A DNA stretch of 64,000 nt from Cirrosporium novae-zelandiae. Taxonomy: Eukaryota. Below, piece after piece: positions 13,562-27,730 of this stretch; position 1 is the first letter of the stretch; each line of letters opens with the position of its first letter. The stretch is taken from the NCBI GenBank assembly GCA_026023565.1, contig JAPETS010000017.1:124001-188000 (forward strand). Direction: 5' to 3'. Under the pieces are notes generated by a model. It saw only the letters and a program-made list of their open reading frames with translations. It was not told where the DNA came from and ran no database searches. A program made the translations under genes and the position numbers.

Positions 13562-15775
13562 ATGTGGAGCGACGACGTTGAAGAAGACAATAATCCCTAC
13601 GGCTCCTTTGAACGCAGGGATTCTAATCTCCCATCCTCCCCGCCATCTCGTATGCCACACCCATCTAAAGTCGCGATATTTGGAGAAAAAGTCAACTAAC
13701 TATTGTTCAAAGACCTACAATACGATCGTCCCTTCTCCGTCTCCTCGAATAACTCTTCAAACCCAAACGACTCCCCCGAATTCGTGCCGAGGCCTTCTGC
13801 CTTGAGCGACCCTGAAGACGATGAAGACTATCCGGGCCAGCAGGGGGACAATGGAAGGAAAGGAACATATGATAGCCGGATTGAGCAAATACTTGAAGAA
13901 GATCCCGACCTTCCTATTCTTATAGTCGATGCCGGAAAACATTCTGAGAGTGGAGGGAGTTATATTGTTTATACCATACGTACGGGCGTGGGTACAGCCT
14001 AAAATGCTCATAATACCAAAACACCACTGACTCTTGGTAGGATCTCGAGGTTCGGAGAAGATATTCTGAGTTTTCATCCTTACGGGCGACCTTGGTCAAC
14101 CTTCACCCTACCCTCATTATACCTCCCATTCCGGAAAAGCATACTATGGCCGACTATGCTGCGAAGCCTACCAAAGCAAAGGAAGATACAGGCATCATTG
14201 ACTTGCGCAAAAGAATGCTCGCGGTATTTCTGAATCGCTGTCGCAAAATGAAGGAAGTGCGACAAGATGGAGTCTGGTGGAGATTTCTTGATCCCAATGC
14301 TAGCTGGGTATGTCAGGCTCTAAATCCCCGTTGCGCTGACAGTCTCCGAGAGGATACTAAGTCATTATATAGAACGAGGTTTTACATTCTTATCCAGCTG
14401 CATCGGTACCTAAGAACAATCTAAAGGCGCCCCCGCTTGATCCAGCACATCCAACTCCTGGTCACCAATGGCTTCCAATCCCCGCTTCTTCTGCAAGGTT
14501 AAAGATTTCAATCCCAACTACGACTTCTGGTACCCCCGTTGGTCCTCCGTCTGATTTTCCAACAAGCCCTTCAACTGTAGCACATACAACTCCTGGTCCT
14601 CAAGTCTATGGGCGATTCCCACCCACGACACATAACCTAAGTGAGCAAGAACTTGACCCTTACTTTACAAATTTTGAGTACTCTACTCGAGAGCTCGAGC
14701 AGTTATTACAAGGGAGCGTGGAGAAGGTTAATAAGCGCACCTTGTTACATTTGTCGGCGCTCTCCCAGGACATGGCTGATCTAGGTGCTCGCTACAATGG
14801 CTTTTCGTTGTCGGAGCAATCTCCGACACTTGCTGCTGCAATCGAGCGTGTAGGGCAGGCTGTTGATACTACCTATATTGGCACAGAAGAGCTATCGTCG
14901 ACCTTGGGCGCAACGTTTGCTGAACCGATGCGAGAAAGTGCTCAATTTGCAGGGGTAGTCCGAAGCGTCCTTCGGTATAGGGTTCTGAAGAGAATTCAAG
15001 AAGAAATGGCTCGAGATGAGCTGACGAAAAAGAGGACGCTACTTGATTCACTCGAAAGGAGTGAGCTGGAGGCAAAGAGAATCGAGCAATATCTGAGCAA
15101 TGCGGGGGTTCAAGCTTCCCCTCCAAAGCGGTCGCTCTCAACTAGAAGTAACCCGGACCGGCCCACATACAACCAACGAGAAAGTAGTCCAGTGGACACA
15201 GCGTCTGTTGATTCCGACTTTCCCCCTAATCGAACTGATCTCGCCGCCTCTACACCTTCGGCTGATCAAGGCGCTCCTTACAGGGAAACGGAGAGACCTC
15301 CAATACCCCCCACTACGAACCACAAAAAATCGCCCAGTGGGAATTTTGTGACGAATAAAATATTTGGAAGAATTAGTCACGCTGTGCATGGCATCGTTGA
15401 TGTTGATCCCGAACGTACCCGTCGAGATCAAATAGGGAAGACCAAGGAGAATTTGATACAGGTATACCTTGGGCCACAACATTTATCCTGGATAGTAGAC
15501 TGATATATTGCAGCTCGCCCAAGCGATCGAGGTGGCGCAAAAGGATACGAAAGATGCTAGCGCTGGTGTTCTCAAGGACCTGAAGCGATTCCAGCGGGAG
15601 AAGGAGGAGGATTTGCAGAGATATATGGTAAGAATGCAACGGTGGTCTTAATCTGGAATAATTTTATTAACTGCTATAGGTTGCCTATGCCAAATGCCAC
15701 ATTGCTTGGGCCAAGAGGAATTTGGTAACGTGGGCAGAAGCGAGGGAGGAAGTGGACAAGATTGAAGCCCACTAA
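13562..15775 (+). CDS. SNX41: Sorting nexin Snx41/Atg20 (PX-BAR); multi-exon
   Basis: N-terminus MWSDDVEEDNNPYG; PX motifs SYIVYTIRTG, VRRRYSEF, LHPTLIIPPIPEKH, RKRMLAVFLNRC; BAR region LGARYNGFSLSE, DVDPERTRRDQIGKT. Stop TAA at 15773-15775. Confidence 0.9.
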
Positions 15776-16568
15776 GGTATGCTTGTACTAATATCATCAA
15801 TAAGTAGCCTATTGTTTAGAATGAGTAGGCCATGAAGTTAGAATTTTTACGACAAGATTTTATGGGCAACTGGTAAAGGGACACGGGAATGGGTGCAGGC
15901 AATAGTGGTGGCTTTTTGTTATGTTTTTGGATGAATCCATCAGCCATTATCTCAATGATTAGATATCTGCAGTCGGTGGCCTTTGGTCGTTGTAGGGGTG
16001 TTGTGAATTGTGCGTTGTTGGAATTTGTAGGATACCGTAATGGCATAGGTGATGAAATCCTTGGGCCCAAGATGGTGTTTGCCATGGTTTCAATAGTAGA
16101 GAAATCAAAAAGCCATGGATTGAAATAGTGGATGGATGATCTGTTTGTAGAACAGTGTGATGGAAACAATAATAAATAATCAGTCATTTGACAATGGTCA
16201 AGCACCGAAGAAGAAAGAGGTGTAGTGATGCAAATGTCAGCCAAGCAAAAGTTACAGAACTTACAGCTTAGACGACAGTACATTGCACTTCCCTCTATAG
16301 TCTCCATCCTATCCAGCTTTAATATATCAAACCTTCATCTTCACTTGCTAGCTGTTGTGGGACCCCATTTGGTTTGAAAAAATAAAATAAAATAAAACCT
16401 GTGTCTATCACTTTTGCTCCACATCCTTGGTTCATCTGTCCACAGTCTTTCCAAGGTTATGTTCTGACTAGCCTTCATTTTACGCCTCCACCGCACCACG
16501 CTGTTCTAGAGACTTCTGCAGACAAACAAACTATTATCTACTTTCTTTTGACCAGCAAGGGCAGCTCC

Positions 16569-19500
16569 ATGCTCAGGTCATCTCTGGCAAAGAGACGAAA
16601 AATTTCAGCGCCGGAAGGAACACCTACACAATCTTCAGAAACAGATCCTTCATCCCTCCCACCTTCTGGCCCACAACCCTCACCGAACCTCGAACCCTCC
16701 AGCCGAGACGGAGCCTACCTGCCCTCTGCTCCTCGCTATCTCCCCCCACATTTACACAACGAAATCCAGGAAGACTTTGACCGACGAAGATCCCCCACAC
16801 CGGAGATTCCAAGCGCATCCAGTTCGCCTAGCGCGGCGTATGCGGGACTGTCGTTGAACGGAGACAAGGATTGGGAAATGTCAGAGTTAGATATCAAAAG
16901 TAATAAGCGCGCTTCGCCTGAGGAATATGAGGACGAAGAGAGTGGTTTGATGGTACGTGAGCCGGTTGCAGAGGGAGATGAACAGACCGAGCCGGAGCAG
17001 TCGATGAAAGGTTCTCTATCGAAGATCGCAAAATCCGCTATCGAACATGGGGAGGATATAGATATACGCATGCATTCATCTCCCCCTCGAGAGTCCACCC
17101 CTACTGTAATGATTAACGGCGCCCCGCCCGACCCAGTCGAAACCCTCGAACATGCAGATATAATCATGGCTGAGAGCACAGATGCGGCTTCATCAGACGG
17201 GACGTCCAATACCCCAAATGAGGCCTCATCACGAACATCTGAACAAACGATAGATAGTAGGCCATCCATCGACGAACAAATCGGCACAGTCCTAAGACTC
17301 TCTCAAGAAGAACTAAAAGATGGACAGACAGGGTACTTGGTCTCGGCAAAATGGCTTGAGAGGGTTCTGTCCAGGAGCGCGGAGCATCCTACCAGTGTAA
17401 AGTCTGAATATAGTAAAGAAGCCAGGGAAGGAGAAATAGGGCCTGTCGATAATTCGGACCTCAACCTTATGGCCGATCCACTTGTTCCCCCCTTGAAAGA
17501 TGAAAGGGGAGATGATTTTGTCCATCTTAAACCTGGCCTTAAGATGGGCGAAGATTTCGAAGTGTTACCACAAGAGGCGTGGGACTCGATCATAACATGG
17601 TATGGGCTAGCAAAAGGGTCTCCGGTTGTCAAGCGCTATGCACATAATACCACACCACTTGGTGGAGAACCCAACATACAATACGAACTCCGCCCAGTCT
17701 TATTTTCCATATTGAAGCTTCCTGACCCAAACAACACCAATTATGCAGAACAGTTTATGAAGAGCAGAGTTCCACCGCCCGTGAATATGCTTGCTAGCAG
17801 ACAAGAGCCTTTTATGAAGTGGCTGAAGAGAGCCAAGGAGTTGGCTGGTATCGACATCAAGACCAAAGTCCGAGTCTGGAGGATATTAGGTGGCCTAGGT
17901 CAATCAAATAGATCGGGCATGCTTACTCCGGCCGCGTCGAGAAGTGCATCACCAGCTCCTGGCGTTGAGATTACCGCTTCTGCCGGGGACAAATTGGTCC
18001 TAGATGTGAACGAATTTACGTCCCTGGCAGTTGGCTCACAACGTGACCTGGTCGAGGCGAAGGATGAGACAGCCAATTGTAATTACAATGGGCATTCATC
18101 ACTTGACCACTATGGCCTCAGTGCCGAAGATGTCGTGATTGTCTTGGAAGAGCAAATCGGTGGAGCAGCTGGCGGAGAATGGGCATCTGATACTTCCGGG
18201 CGATCCAAAGGCAAGCATGTTCCAATTAGTGTCACAAAAAATGGTGCTACGGCCGTCCAGGGCATGCAAAAATCAAAATCCGCCACAAATATCAGTCGTT
18301 CGAACTCCCCGGCCACTATAGGCATGACGACGCGAGGTCGGGCTCGAAGAGATGGACGACCAAAAGGCATCACAGGGTTAAATAATCTGGGAAATACTTG
18401 CTACATGAACTCGGCACTGCAATGTGTGAGAAGTGTGGAAGAACTCAGCCAGTATTTTTTGGGTAAGTAGTATCGATTTTATATTTCGATACGAAGCTAA
18501 GAAACATTAGCGGATACGTATAAGCAAGAACTTAACCCGAGCAACCCTCTATCCCACAACGGAGAAGTGGCTAAAGCATATGCCGGCCTGTTACACTCGA
18601 TGTATGGGGATTCTATTTCCTCATCTCTCGCTCCACGGCAATTCAAGAATACGATAGGGCGGTATGGACCCTCTTTCTCCGGGTATGGACAGCAAGATTC
18701 CCAGGAATTTCTACTTTTTCTCTTGGACGGTTTACAGGAAGACTTGAATCGGATTCAGAAAAAGCCCTATATTGAAAAGCCAGATTCAACTGATGAAATG
18801 GTCCACAATCTAGCAGCCCTACGGGAGATGGCTGACAAATGTTGGGATATCTACAAAGCTCGAAATGACTCTGTAGTTACAGATCTCTTCGCTGGGATGT
18901 ACAAGTCAACTCTGGTTTGTCCTGTTTGTGATAAAGTCAGCATAATATTTGATCCTTTCAACAATCTTACCCTCCAATTACCTATTGAAAATGTCTGGAG
19001 CCGGAACCTTGTGTTTATCCCCTATCTTAAAGAGCCCGTCCAGATAACTGTTGACATGGACAAGCATGCGACTATATTTGCACTTAAAGAATATGTCGCA
19101 GCCAAAGTCAATAGCGACGCGAAAAGAATGATCCTTGCCGAAGTATACAAGCACAAGTTTTTCAAGGTATTTGATAATCGAGATACGTTAACCGAGGCTG
19201 GCATGCAGCCAAACGATGAAATTACCCTTTATGAACTCGAATGTGTTCCTTCAAACTATCCAGCGCCGAAAAGGCGGGTTAAAAAATATCCTTACAACGG
19301 TTATAGTAATGGATATGATGAAGAGGATGATATCCCTGATGGTGACTCTCCACTTTCCGATAGAATGGCTGTTCCCGTTTTCCATCGATACGACGATAGA
19401 CCTTCTAGCACTCGACAATCCTGGCGTCTTGGTTGCCTACCCACCTTCATTATCATCACCCGAGAAGAAGCTAAGGACTACGATAGAATACTCCAAAAGG

Positions 19501-21642
19501 TTTTGGGGGCAGTAGGTCCTTTAACTTCGACGGATATTTTTGAGGAAGGATCACAAGATAGCTCCGAGGGACATTTATTGACGGAAGAAGATGGCAACTC
19601 GTCAGTAGATTCGAAAGTCAAAGCTGCTTCTGTTGAAGGGGAAGATGGCTTCGTGGATGTCACGATGAACGGCTCTAATGAGAACGAAAATTCGGTTGAC
19701 AATGCCCAAACGCCCGAAGACACTCGGAGGCTACCAAAAGCCCTTCGGCCCGGAAACTTTATCTCTACGAACCTTCAAACAATGTTCGACATGAAATACC
19801 TAGCTACAAAGGAAGTCATCCCTTCCGGCTGGAGCAGTTTAACGGACGAAAATAAATCTTATCCGACCATCGCTTCGCGTAGAGTACAGCAGAGTAAATC
19901 ACGAAGATTGAAGCCAAAATCGAAGGCCACATTACGGCAAGTATCTGATGGGAGCTCTATGAGCAGCGATGCAGAATTAGATGATCCACCTCCCTTGACA
20001 GATGATCACAACACCCAAGTCGATGCCGATGATAGTGACGCCGATGAGCTCTCAGATGCTTCCTACGATTCAAAGCCGGCCTCTAAAAAAATCGGTAAGA
20101 GCAAACGCCAATCCAAACGAAATGTGATAACTTATTCCCGAAAAGGCAAGAAAATTTCCCTATCTCGTCAGGATCCGAAAGACGCCGGGCCCTTGATTCG
20201 ACTTTGTGAAGGCATTATCCTCGATTGGAGACCCGAAATTTATTCCTCCTTGTTTGGAGGAACGAAGAAGGACGGAGCGGACGAACTCCGAGGTGCTCCA
20301 ACTTGGGAGTATGCTCCCGAGCTTCCAGATCCGACGTTACAAATGAAGCGAGAGTTGAGAAAGAAGCGTCGACAGCAAGGACTAAGTCTTGGTGAATGCT
20401 TGGACGAATTTGGGCGATCCGAAATATTGTCCGAAAATGATGCCTGGTACTGCCCGCGTTGTAAAGAGCATAGGAGAGCTAGCAAAACATTTGAGCTCTG
20501 GACTTCTCCCGATATACTTGTCATCCACCTTAAGAGATTTAGTTCACACAGAAATTTCCGAGATAAACTCGATGTTCTGGTTGATTTCCCCGTGGAAGGG
20601 TTAGATTTAACCGGTCGTGTTGCACAGCCCGAGGACGGCAAGAGTCTAATTTATGATTTATGTGCTGTTGATAACCATTATGGTGGTCTTGGCGGAGGCC
20701 ATTACACGGCGTTTGCAAAGAATTTTATAGATGGTAATTGGTACGAGTATAATGGTGAGTCTATTAACCTTTCTTGAACTAGAACCTAGCTTGCTAATAA
20801 TGTTGGAAGATTCTATGGTTTCAAAGAAAAATGACCCCCACTATGTGGTATCTAATGCCGCATACCTACTATTCTACCGCAGACGTTCAGAGAAGCCTTT
20901 GGGCGGACCATTCCTTGAGCAAGTAGTAAACATGGTACATGACGGACATGCCGCCGAGCAAGAAGCAGGGCCTGCGTCGACTCAGGACTCTCAAACCGAT
21001 TCATCAGCTGGTGCGGGGGAAGGTCGGCGTCTCGGCGACGACTACTCCCATTCGTCGAGCGCTGGATACGGAGTCGGAGCATCTCACCGGCTGGGAGTGC
21101 AAAGTGGTGGTTTGGCAGTCGTGAATCAAGCCCACAGCGATAATGAGGACGATGGGCCCCCCGAATATTCCGCCGAACCGCGTATAGGCGAGGCAATCCC
21201 CATTGAGGGCATGGATGTTGATGAGGGTATTGTAGAGGATGTGAATTATTCTTACTCGGGTCCCTACAATCTTCCTAGCTGGTCATTCAACCGTCTCGAC
21301 GGTTCTTCCGACCGAGATATTTCGACCGTGGCGCCCCCAACTTCGGCATACGGAGACGACGAAGATCTTTTCAAGGATGATGGCAGTATATCCAGCAACA
21401 AGGTAGCAGTGAGCTCCAGCGGATTATCGGACGTGGAGGGTCGACTGGCAGATTTTGCAGATGATGAAGGGACATTGCCCGGAGCCGGATTCGATGACCC
21501 TGACCCGGAAATGTTGCATAGTCTGGTAGATGACGATGTCAAAGAGGTTCCTCCGTTGGTAACTACTGGAGACGATGAGGAAGACTCGGTAGCAGAAGTC
21601 AGAGTTGACGGAGGAGAAGAAGATTTAATCAAGGACGATTGA
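16569..21642 (+). CDS. UBP12: Ubiquitin C-terminal hydrolase (USP/C19 with DUSP domain), Ubp12-like; two introns
   Basis: Cys box GLNNLGNTCYMNSALQC, QQDSQEF, WYCPRCKEH, HLKRF, His box NHYGGLGGGHYTA, AAYLLFYRRR. The start codon choice is approximate. Confidence 0.92.
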
Positions 21643-22227
21643 TTAAATGAAATGAATGGGTTGGGGATTGGGGGGATTATGAATGAATAACGTGGTTTAG
21701 GGATGGGGGATAACTGTTTTAAGTGCTGATGATCAAACAATGATGATGATTGATGCGCATGCCATGCCGGTTGTGGGGAATAATTGAATTGGTCGAAATC
21801 ACGTTCGAATGTTGACAACGCAAAGTTCGGTTTATTACACCACAAGCATCGGATAGAAAACAGAGACGTGGGCCAGAATCTTTTTTTTTTTTTTTTTTTT
21901 TTTTTTCTTTTGGGGGTTTTGGTTTTTGTTTTTTTTGTTTTTCTCTTGTTTGGTAGACGACGTCCTACAAACCTAGTGGGTGGGCGGTTTAAGTATAAGT
22001 ACAAGTACATACAAAAAAAGTCCAGGTATTTCTAGGTATTTCTAGGTATTGATTGAGAAATGGATAACTTAGACTACTAGTCTATGGCGTTTTGTTATGT
22101 AAGAAATGGGTTTTGGTGTTTTGTATTTGGGGTTATTTATTTATTATGGGGGGGGGAGGGTGTAAAGTATCGTACCTAGGTAGATGTTTTAAACAATTGA
22201 TTGTGTGTGGCTAATTATCGTGTTTAA

Positions 22228-22263
22228 GTATTGGTATTGGTATTGGTATTGGTATTGGTATTG
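22228..22263. repeat. (GTATTG)6 microsatellite
   Basis: Six perfect hexamer copies in the AT-rich region between convergent genes. Confidence 0.9.
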
Positions 22264-22572
22264 GTGTTTTTATATGATTAATTACCTATACTTGAGTACG
22301 GGGTATTATAAAAGAAAACGAAAATTGATGGATTAATGAATGTGTGATTTCCGACCTGACCTGATATTTTGTTCTGAGAGGGGAGGAGAGGAGAGGGCTT
22401 CTCCCTAGAGGAGGATTGATTATGTGTTTCTAATTCCCTCCACAGGCTGACTCGTCCACCGAAACAAGTAGGTATGTTTTATCCATCCATATCTAGGCTA
22501 CATATAACTGCATCACTTTCTTATTCATTCATTCATTGATCCATCCATCCATCCATCCACATTTCCACATTC

Positions 22573-23999
22573 TCACACTCTAATAACAATCTTCCCCACA
22601 GCGCTCCCCTCCATGGACAGCTGAAAAGCCTCCTTTGCATCCTCGAATTCATACACTTTAGCCACCACGGGATGGATGTTTTTTGATTCAATTAGTTGGA
22701 GTAGTGCCTCGTCGTGGCTTTTTTTGAAGTTGAATACCCCTCGCACTATTTGGTTTAAGTTAGCAATGGGAACACGTGAACATGTGCGTTTTTGTTTTGG
22801 GTTCCTCCCTCCCGACCTCCCCACACCCCCACATGTGCTTCCGGGGATGTACGGCTCTTGGCTGGGAGAGGAGTAAAGATGGAGGGAGAGCGTTAAACTT
22901 ACTTGTTTTTCCTCCAAAAAGCATGCTCGCGATCAAGTCGGTTTTTTTGGATGGTGTTAGAAACCCAATTAGGCTCACCAAGCCTCCTTGTTTCGTAGCT
23001 TGGAGGGACTGCTCCACGGTTCCAGCGCCGCCTACTTCGATGACGTGGTCCACACCCTTACCATTGGTGAGGCGTAATACTTCGTTTGCCCAATTGGGGT
23101 GGGTACGGTAGTTAATCGTGTGGGTGGCGCCGAAAGTCTTAGCGAGAGCGAGTTTGGTGTTGGATGAGGAGGTCGCAATAACGGTGGCGCCGGCAGCGGA
23201 GGCGATCTGTGGGGTAGGGCTGTTGGCGTGTATGTTTTTTGGGAAGGGAGGGGGGGTGAGACAATGAGTGAGGAGAGGAGAGACAGAGGTAGGTACCTAC
23301 CTGAATGGCAAAACAACTGACACCCCCGGTGCCTTGTGTTAGAACCGTCATACCGGGTCGGAAAGGGGCTGGACCGAAAAATAGTGCGTTCATGGCTGTT
23401 CCGCCAGCGCAGGGAATTGCTGCGATCTCCTCAAGGCTTAGATGTGCGGGTGCTCGGATCAGTTGTTTGTCTTCCTGAGACCCCAAGATATTGTTAGTGT
23501 TGCTTGCAACAATTATTTTTCTTATCCCGATCGTCACAGCCATTATTTGAAGAAATAATGATACATGGTCTTAAATTGGCGAAGGACTGACATAAATAGC
23601 GTACTGTCGAACAGTTCCCTGGACACGATCAGCACCCAACCCCCCCATGGCCTCCGGAGTCGGCATATCGTCTTGATCAATCCAAGCATTCGGATAAATC
23701 ATCACCCTATCTCCAACTTTCCAAATGCTACTTTCCCCAACAGCTTCTACCTCTCCTGCACCATCTGCACAGGGGACAAGATCCTCAAGATGATTACCAG
23801 GGTAGATGGGATCATGGGCAATGACCATCATATCGCGGGCATTGATCGCGGCAGCTCGAATGCGGACAAGGACCGTGTTTGGGCTTAGCTGATCCAGAGA
23901 AGGTTTAGGGACGTTGTTATTGAGACGGAGATTTGATAATACATCTGTTGAATGCCAGTCTGTAGGTTTGGCGTTGTGGATTTGCCATTCTGAAGGCAT
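22573..23999 (-). CDS. Medium-chain dehydrogenase/reductase (zinc-type alcohol dehydrogenase-like / quinone reductase); three introns
   Basis: VRIRAAAINARD, VPCADGAGEV, AAIPCAGGTAMNAL, VLTQGTGGVSCFAIQ, GVDHVIEVGG, GKIVIRV. Exons join in phase (introns start at 23591, 23300 and about 22902). Confidence 0.9.
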
Positions 24000-25303
24000 T
24001 ATGTGAAATAGATAGACTTTAGGACAATTGAAAAAGTATAAAGGATAACTGCAAAGACTGTAAAGATGGTTGTTCTTCACGAACAGTGAATGATATTACG
24101 CGAGTCCGATATTTAGGAGTTTTTAGGGTTTGTATACTTCTCCAGTCGTACCTGTAAAGCCCTTTTCAACCATTCAATTGAGGAAATATAACTGCAAGTA
24201 GACAAGATTATCAAGCAAACACGACATTGTATTTGTCATCCTAGCCAAGTAAATTGCGGAGCATGATTTATAATCCAGTCTTTAATATCTTGACATTTAT
24301 TGTAGGTCGTACGCTGGTGCGGAATAGCACCATTTCAATTGTTTCTGATTCGCTGAGGGGACTATTAGAGTACCCAGGTCTTTAAAATGGTGAGAATAGC
24401 CGCTTGAATAAAAACCCTTGACCAAACACGGTTGATTCATGAATCAACAATAAGGCGAAAAACAGTCAATCAAAACTCAACTTATAAAGTAAACGCAACT
24501 CTAAGGAATGGACCAATTTAAAGGACTTTAGGGTTCATATTTATCATGCCTTGGAGGATAACAGCATGTTTGATAAACAGAATATTTGCATGGGGTCATT
24601 GAGGTGGCTTTCTTCCAGCTGGGATCCTATGAACAGATGGTGACATTGTATACGGTGGTAGTACATATAGTTCCGTAGATCAAAAAGGCAATTTCAGGTT
24701 GGAGGAAGTATGGCACTCCACGGTAGTCGTAATACCTTCAACTATTATTGTCCTACCTGATATGGTTCTTCCAATTTCCTCTGCTGCCCATCTTGTGTGT
24801 CCTCGACATTATTCCTTCAAAATGCCTTTGTGATCCATTTCTCGTTGACATGGAATATGGTATGGGTTATGGGTTATTAATGCTTCATCTGTTCTGTCGT
24901 CTGTAGCAGAATTACCACATCTCTTTTAGTGTAACCCAGTCTTCTGCAATATCATATGTGTCATCTGGATTGGCATCTTGGAATTTCAGAGCTGTAAATG
25001 GAGAAAAAGAATTAGTAAAATAGTAGACTCTATCTGGTGAGGAAACTCACTGTGTTATATTTTGTCGGAGAGGAGAGGTTATAAATCTCCGTTGTTTCAG
25101 TGCAAGGGTTGTGCGGGTGCCTCAGGTATCAATAAACTTAGTAGATGATTGATTAATGGATGTAAAAAGGTCCTTTTTGTTAAAAAGTAAAAGTGACTTA
25201 CTGGGTACTTACTGGGTACTTTCTTCTTTATTGAAGGGAAGGGAAAGGGAAAGGGACCGTGCCTCATGTCGGTAAAGTCGGTAAATGCAGCCTTAATTTT
25301 CAC

Positions 25304-25702
25304 GGCCTTATGGCCTTATTGCCTTATGGCCTTATGGCCTTATTACCATATCGGTTGTTAGCTTCTTCTTTGGCCTCACGTCCTTTACCCAAAGCGCATG
25401 ACTGCAACCGAAAAATCCGTAGTGGCTGTTCTGTCTAGTCCTGCCAATGCTGCCAGTGTCCTGCCAATGCCCTGCTAATGTCTACCAATGTCTGCCACCC
25501 TTGGTTTACCCAGGGTTTACCTTTACTTTCCTCTCGGTTTTTACACCCTTGACCTACTTTAATAACCCTTGGTGCCTTGGTCTCTGAACCATTCCTTGCA
25601 AGCCCCCCCATCCACAGCCTTCCAAAAACCCTTTAAGCATTCAAGCCCCCAAAGCCCTTGCAAAGCCCTTGCAAAGCCCTTGCAAAAGCCCTTGCAAGCC
25701 TT
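25304..25702. repeat. Cluster of short tandem minisatellites (GGCCTTAT x5; CTGCCAATG-like x~6; CAAAGCCCTTG x~4)
   Basis: Direct reading at 25304-25343, 25441-25497 and 25650-25702. Confidence 0.85.
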
Positions 25703-25898
25703 CCCCGTGACGATCGATGGCTGGATGTGACAGCAACATCTCATCCGTTTCTTTCCTGTGACGGTGTCAGCGGTATGTGTCTCTATGTCTCTAGATAAAA
25801 TCAATTCGGATGTTTTCTCATCCCCCTGATCATCTGGATATAGGAGTCAAATCACCTTCTTTCATCATGGCTCCACACTACCTTTAGACTATATCACC

Positions 25899-27441
25899 AT
25901 GCGACACCTCACCCAAAATGATTCGAATTACGGCGCAGCCGGCACCCGTTTACAACCAGCTGAGCCGCTTCATTCGATTTCTACATATAATATGAATCAG
26001 TCAACCCGGATTAATGATGAAGAGGCGAGGGGAATTGTGGCGGCGTTGGAACGAAAGAGAAAACAATTGGACGAAGAAATTGAAAAATTCAGGGCAGAAA
26101 AAGACCGAGAGTACCAGCTATTTGAACAATTACTTAGGAACCAATACAAAAACAAGAAGAGAGAGCTGGATGAAATATCCAGCACCTGGCCCGCTCAAGA
26201 CCAAAACTCCAATTCCTCTGCCCTTCCAGGCATCCATGAGGCAGGATACGAAGGTTCCGCTGCAAGCAAAGCCAGAGCTATTATCGATACCGATGGCCGA
26301 GGAAGATCATTAAAGAGACAAGCTCATAATGAGAATATGCGCTCAACTGATAAAAATGACCAACAGCGGCTAAGCATACAGCTTGACCATCTTCCGCAGA
26401 CTTTTATGCATGACCACCCTGAAAGTTACACCCCAACTCACGATCGTGAGACTGAATTTCGAGGATTATTTACTCCAAGCTATCTTCCATTATTAGATAG
26501 TAGATCACGATCTCGCGAGAAGATCAAACAGGATTCTTCTAACTCCTCTTCAAACACAGTTCTCTTCCATCCCCGCTACCAGGACCACAACACCCCATTC
26601 CACAACGGAGAACGCTCCACCTCAGAGCCCAATTCCGTTTCTCATTCTCCGTTGTCAGTCTCGCCACCCACTGATTCACTGCCTTCTACCCTTGCTCCCT
26701 CTCGACCTCCTATTTTATACCGCTCACTGTCATCGACCAATACGCTAGTCAGCGCGCTAAGAAACCCCCTAAAACACAAGTCAAAACCAAAGAAGCGTGT
26801 TTCAATTCGCATCGACGATATGATTGTCCTCCCAAACCAAAGTATTGAAGACGGTTCAAGCGCCAATATGACTCCATCAAAGCTGTCCCCTCCAGACAGC
26901 ACGACGAGTTCCGGCAGTAAACCCATGTTCACCATTGGTCCTGATGACTCTAGCTCGGAATCCGGAAGTGAAGAGATGATTGAAGATACTGCGGATGAGC
27001 AGTATCTAGGCTCCCATCAGCCAATGTCTCGGTCCGAGACACCAATATCACCTCTGGACCTGAACGAGCCAATCCTTTCAGCTAATGAGGAAGAGGAAGA
27101 GGAAGAAAGATTGCAAGCAACAGTAGAAGAGAAAGTAGAGGCGTGGAAAGAGGATGTAGAGAAATCTTCGCCAGACGAAGGGCCTGGGATGTTTTTGATG
27201 GACGAGGAAGTCGACAGTCAGGAAACAACCAAACATGTCGAGGTTCGTCGATATGTGTATCCGGGGCTGATATTCAAGCCAAGGACTAACGGATGAATTA
27301 CAGGAGGAAGATGCAGATATAGAGATAAATGGTAGATATGATGGGAAAGAGAATGACATAGCGATGGATACTATGACTGCATCTTCTTTACCCATCAACA
27401 TTCCTCGCCCTTCCTTTTCTTCATCGGCCTCATCCCGCTAA
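25899..27441 (+). CDS. Hypothetical fungal protein (N-terminal coiled coil, FTPSYLPLLD motif, disordered Ser/Glu-rich C-terminus); intron 27243-27303
   Basis: 465-aa ORF plus an in-frame terminal exon EEDADIEING…ASSLPINIPRPSFSSSASSR*. Confidence 0.75.
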
Positions 27442-27658
27442 ATGGTTACAGGGAAGTAATGAGAAGGAGAAGGAAGGGGGGGTTTGTGACAACTGGCGGA
27501 CACCGTGACGGCATTTGCTGCAGTTCTATACCCCAGATGTTTATTTTATTTTATTGTTTACTTGGTTCTACATGGGATTTAGGGAAGGAAGGAATGATAA
27601 AGGGGAATATTTAGCTCTTTATAGGGTCTTGAATGGATGGTGGAGATGGACTGAGATG

Positions 27659-27730
27659 GCAAGCTGGCAAGCTGGTAAGCTGGTAAGCTGACAGGATGGC
27701 AGAATGGCAGAATGGCAGAATGGCAGAATG
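27659..27730. repeat. Octamer tandem repeats (GGYAAGCT x4, GGCAGAAT x4)
   Basis: Direct reading. Confidence 0.8.

Noticed and set aside
21264..22035. ORFs with poly-Lys/poly-Phe tracts
   Set aside because: They derive from a T homopolymer in the UBP12 3' region and from the antisense of UBP12.
22573..23999. MDR dehydrogenase as part of the RiPP locus
   Set aside because: It is separated from the cassette by a hypothetical gene and PDA1; nothing in the sequence links them.
24600..25215. Minus-strand splice-like signals (donor 25050, acceptor 24992) suggesting a small gene
   Set aside because: Every phase I tried hits stop codons within a few codons; at best a degraded or non-coding transcript.
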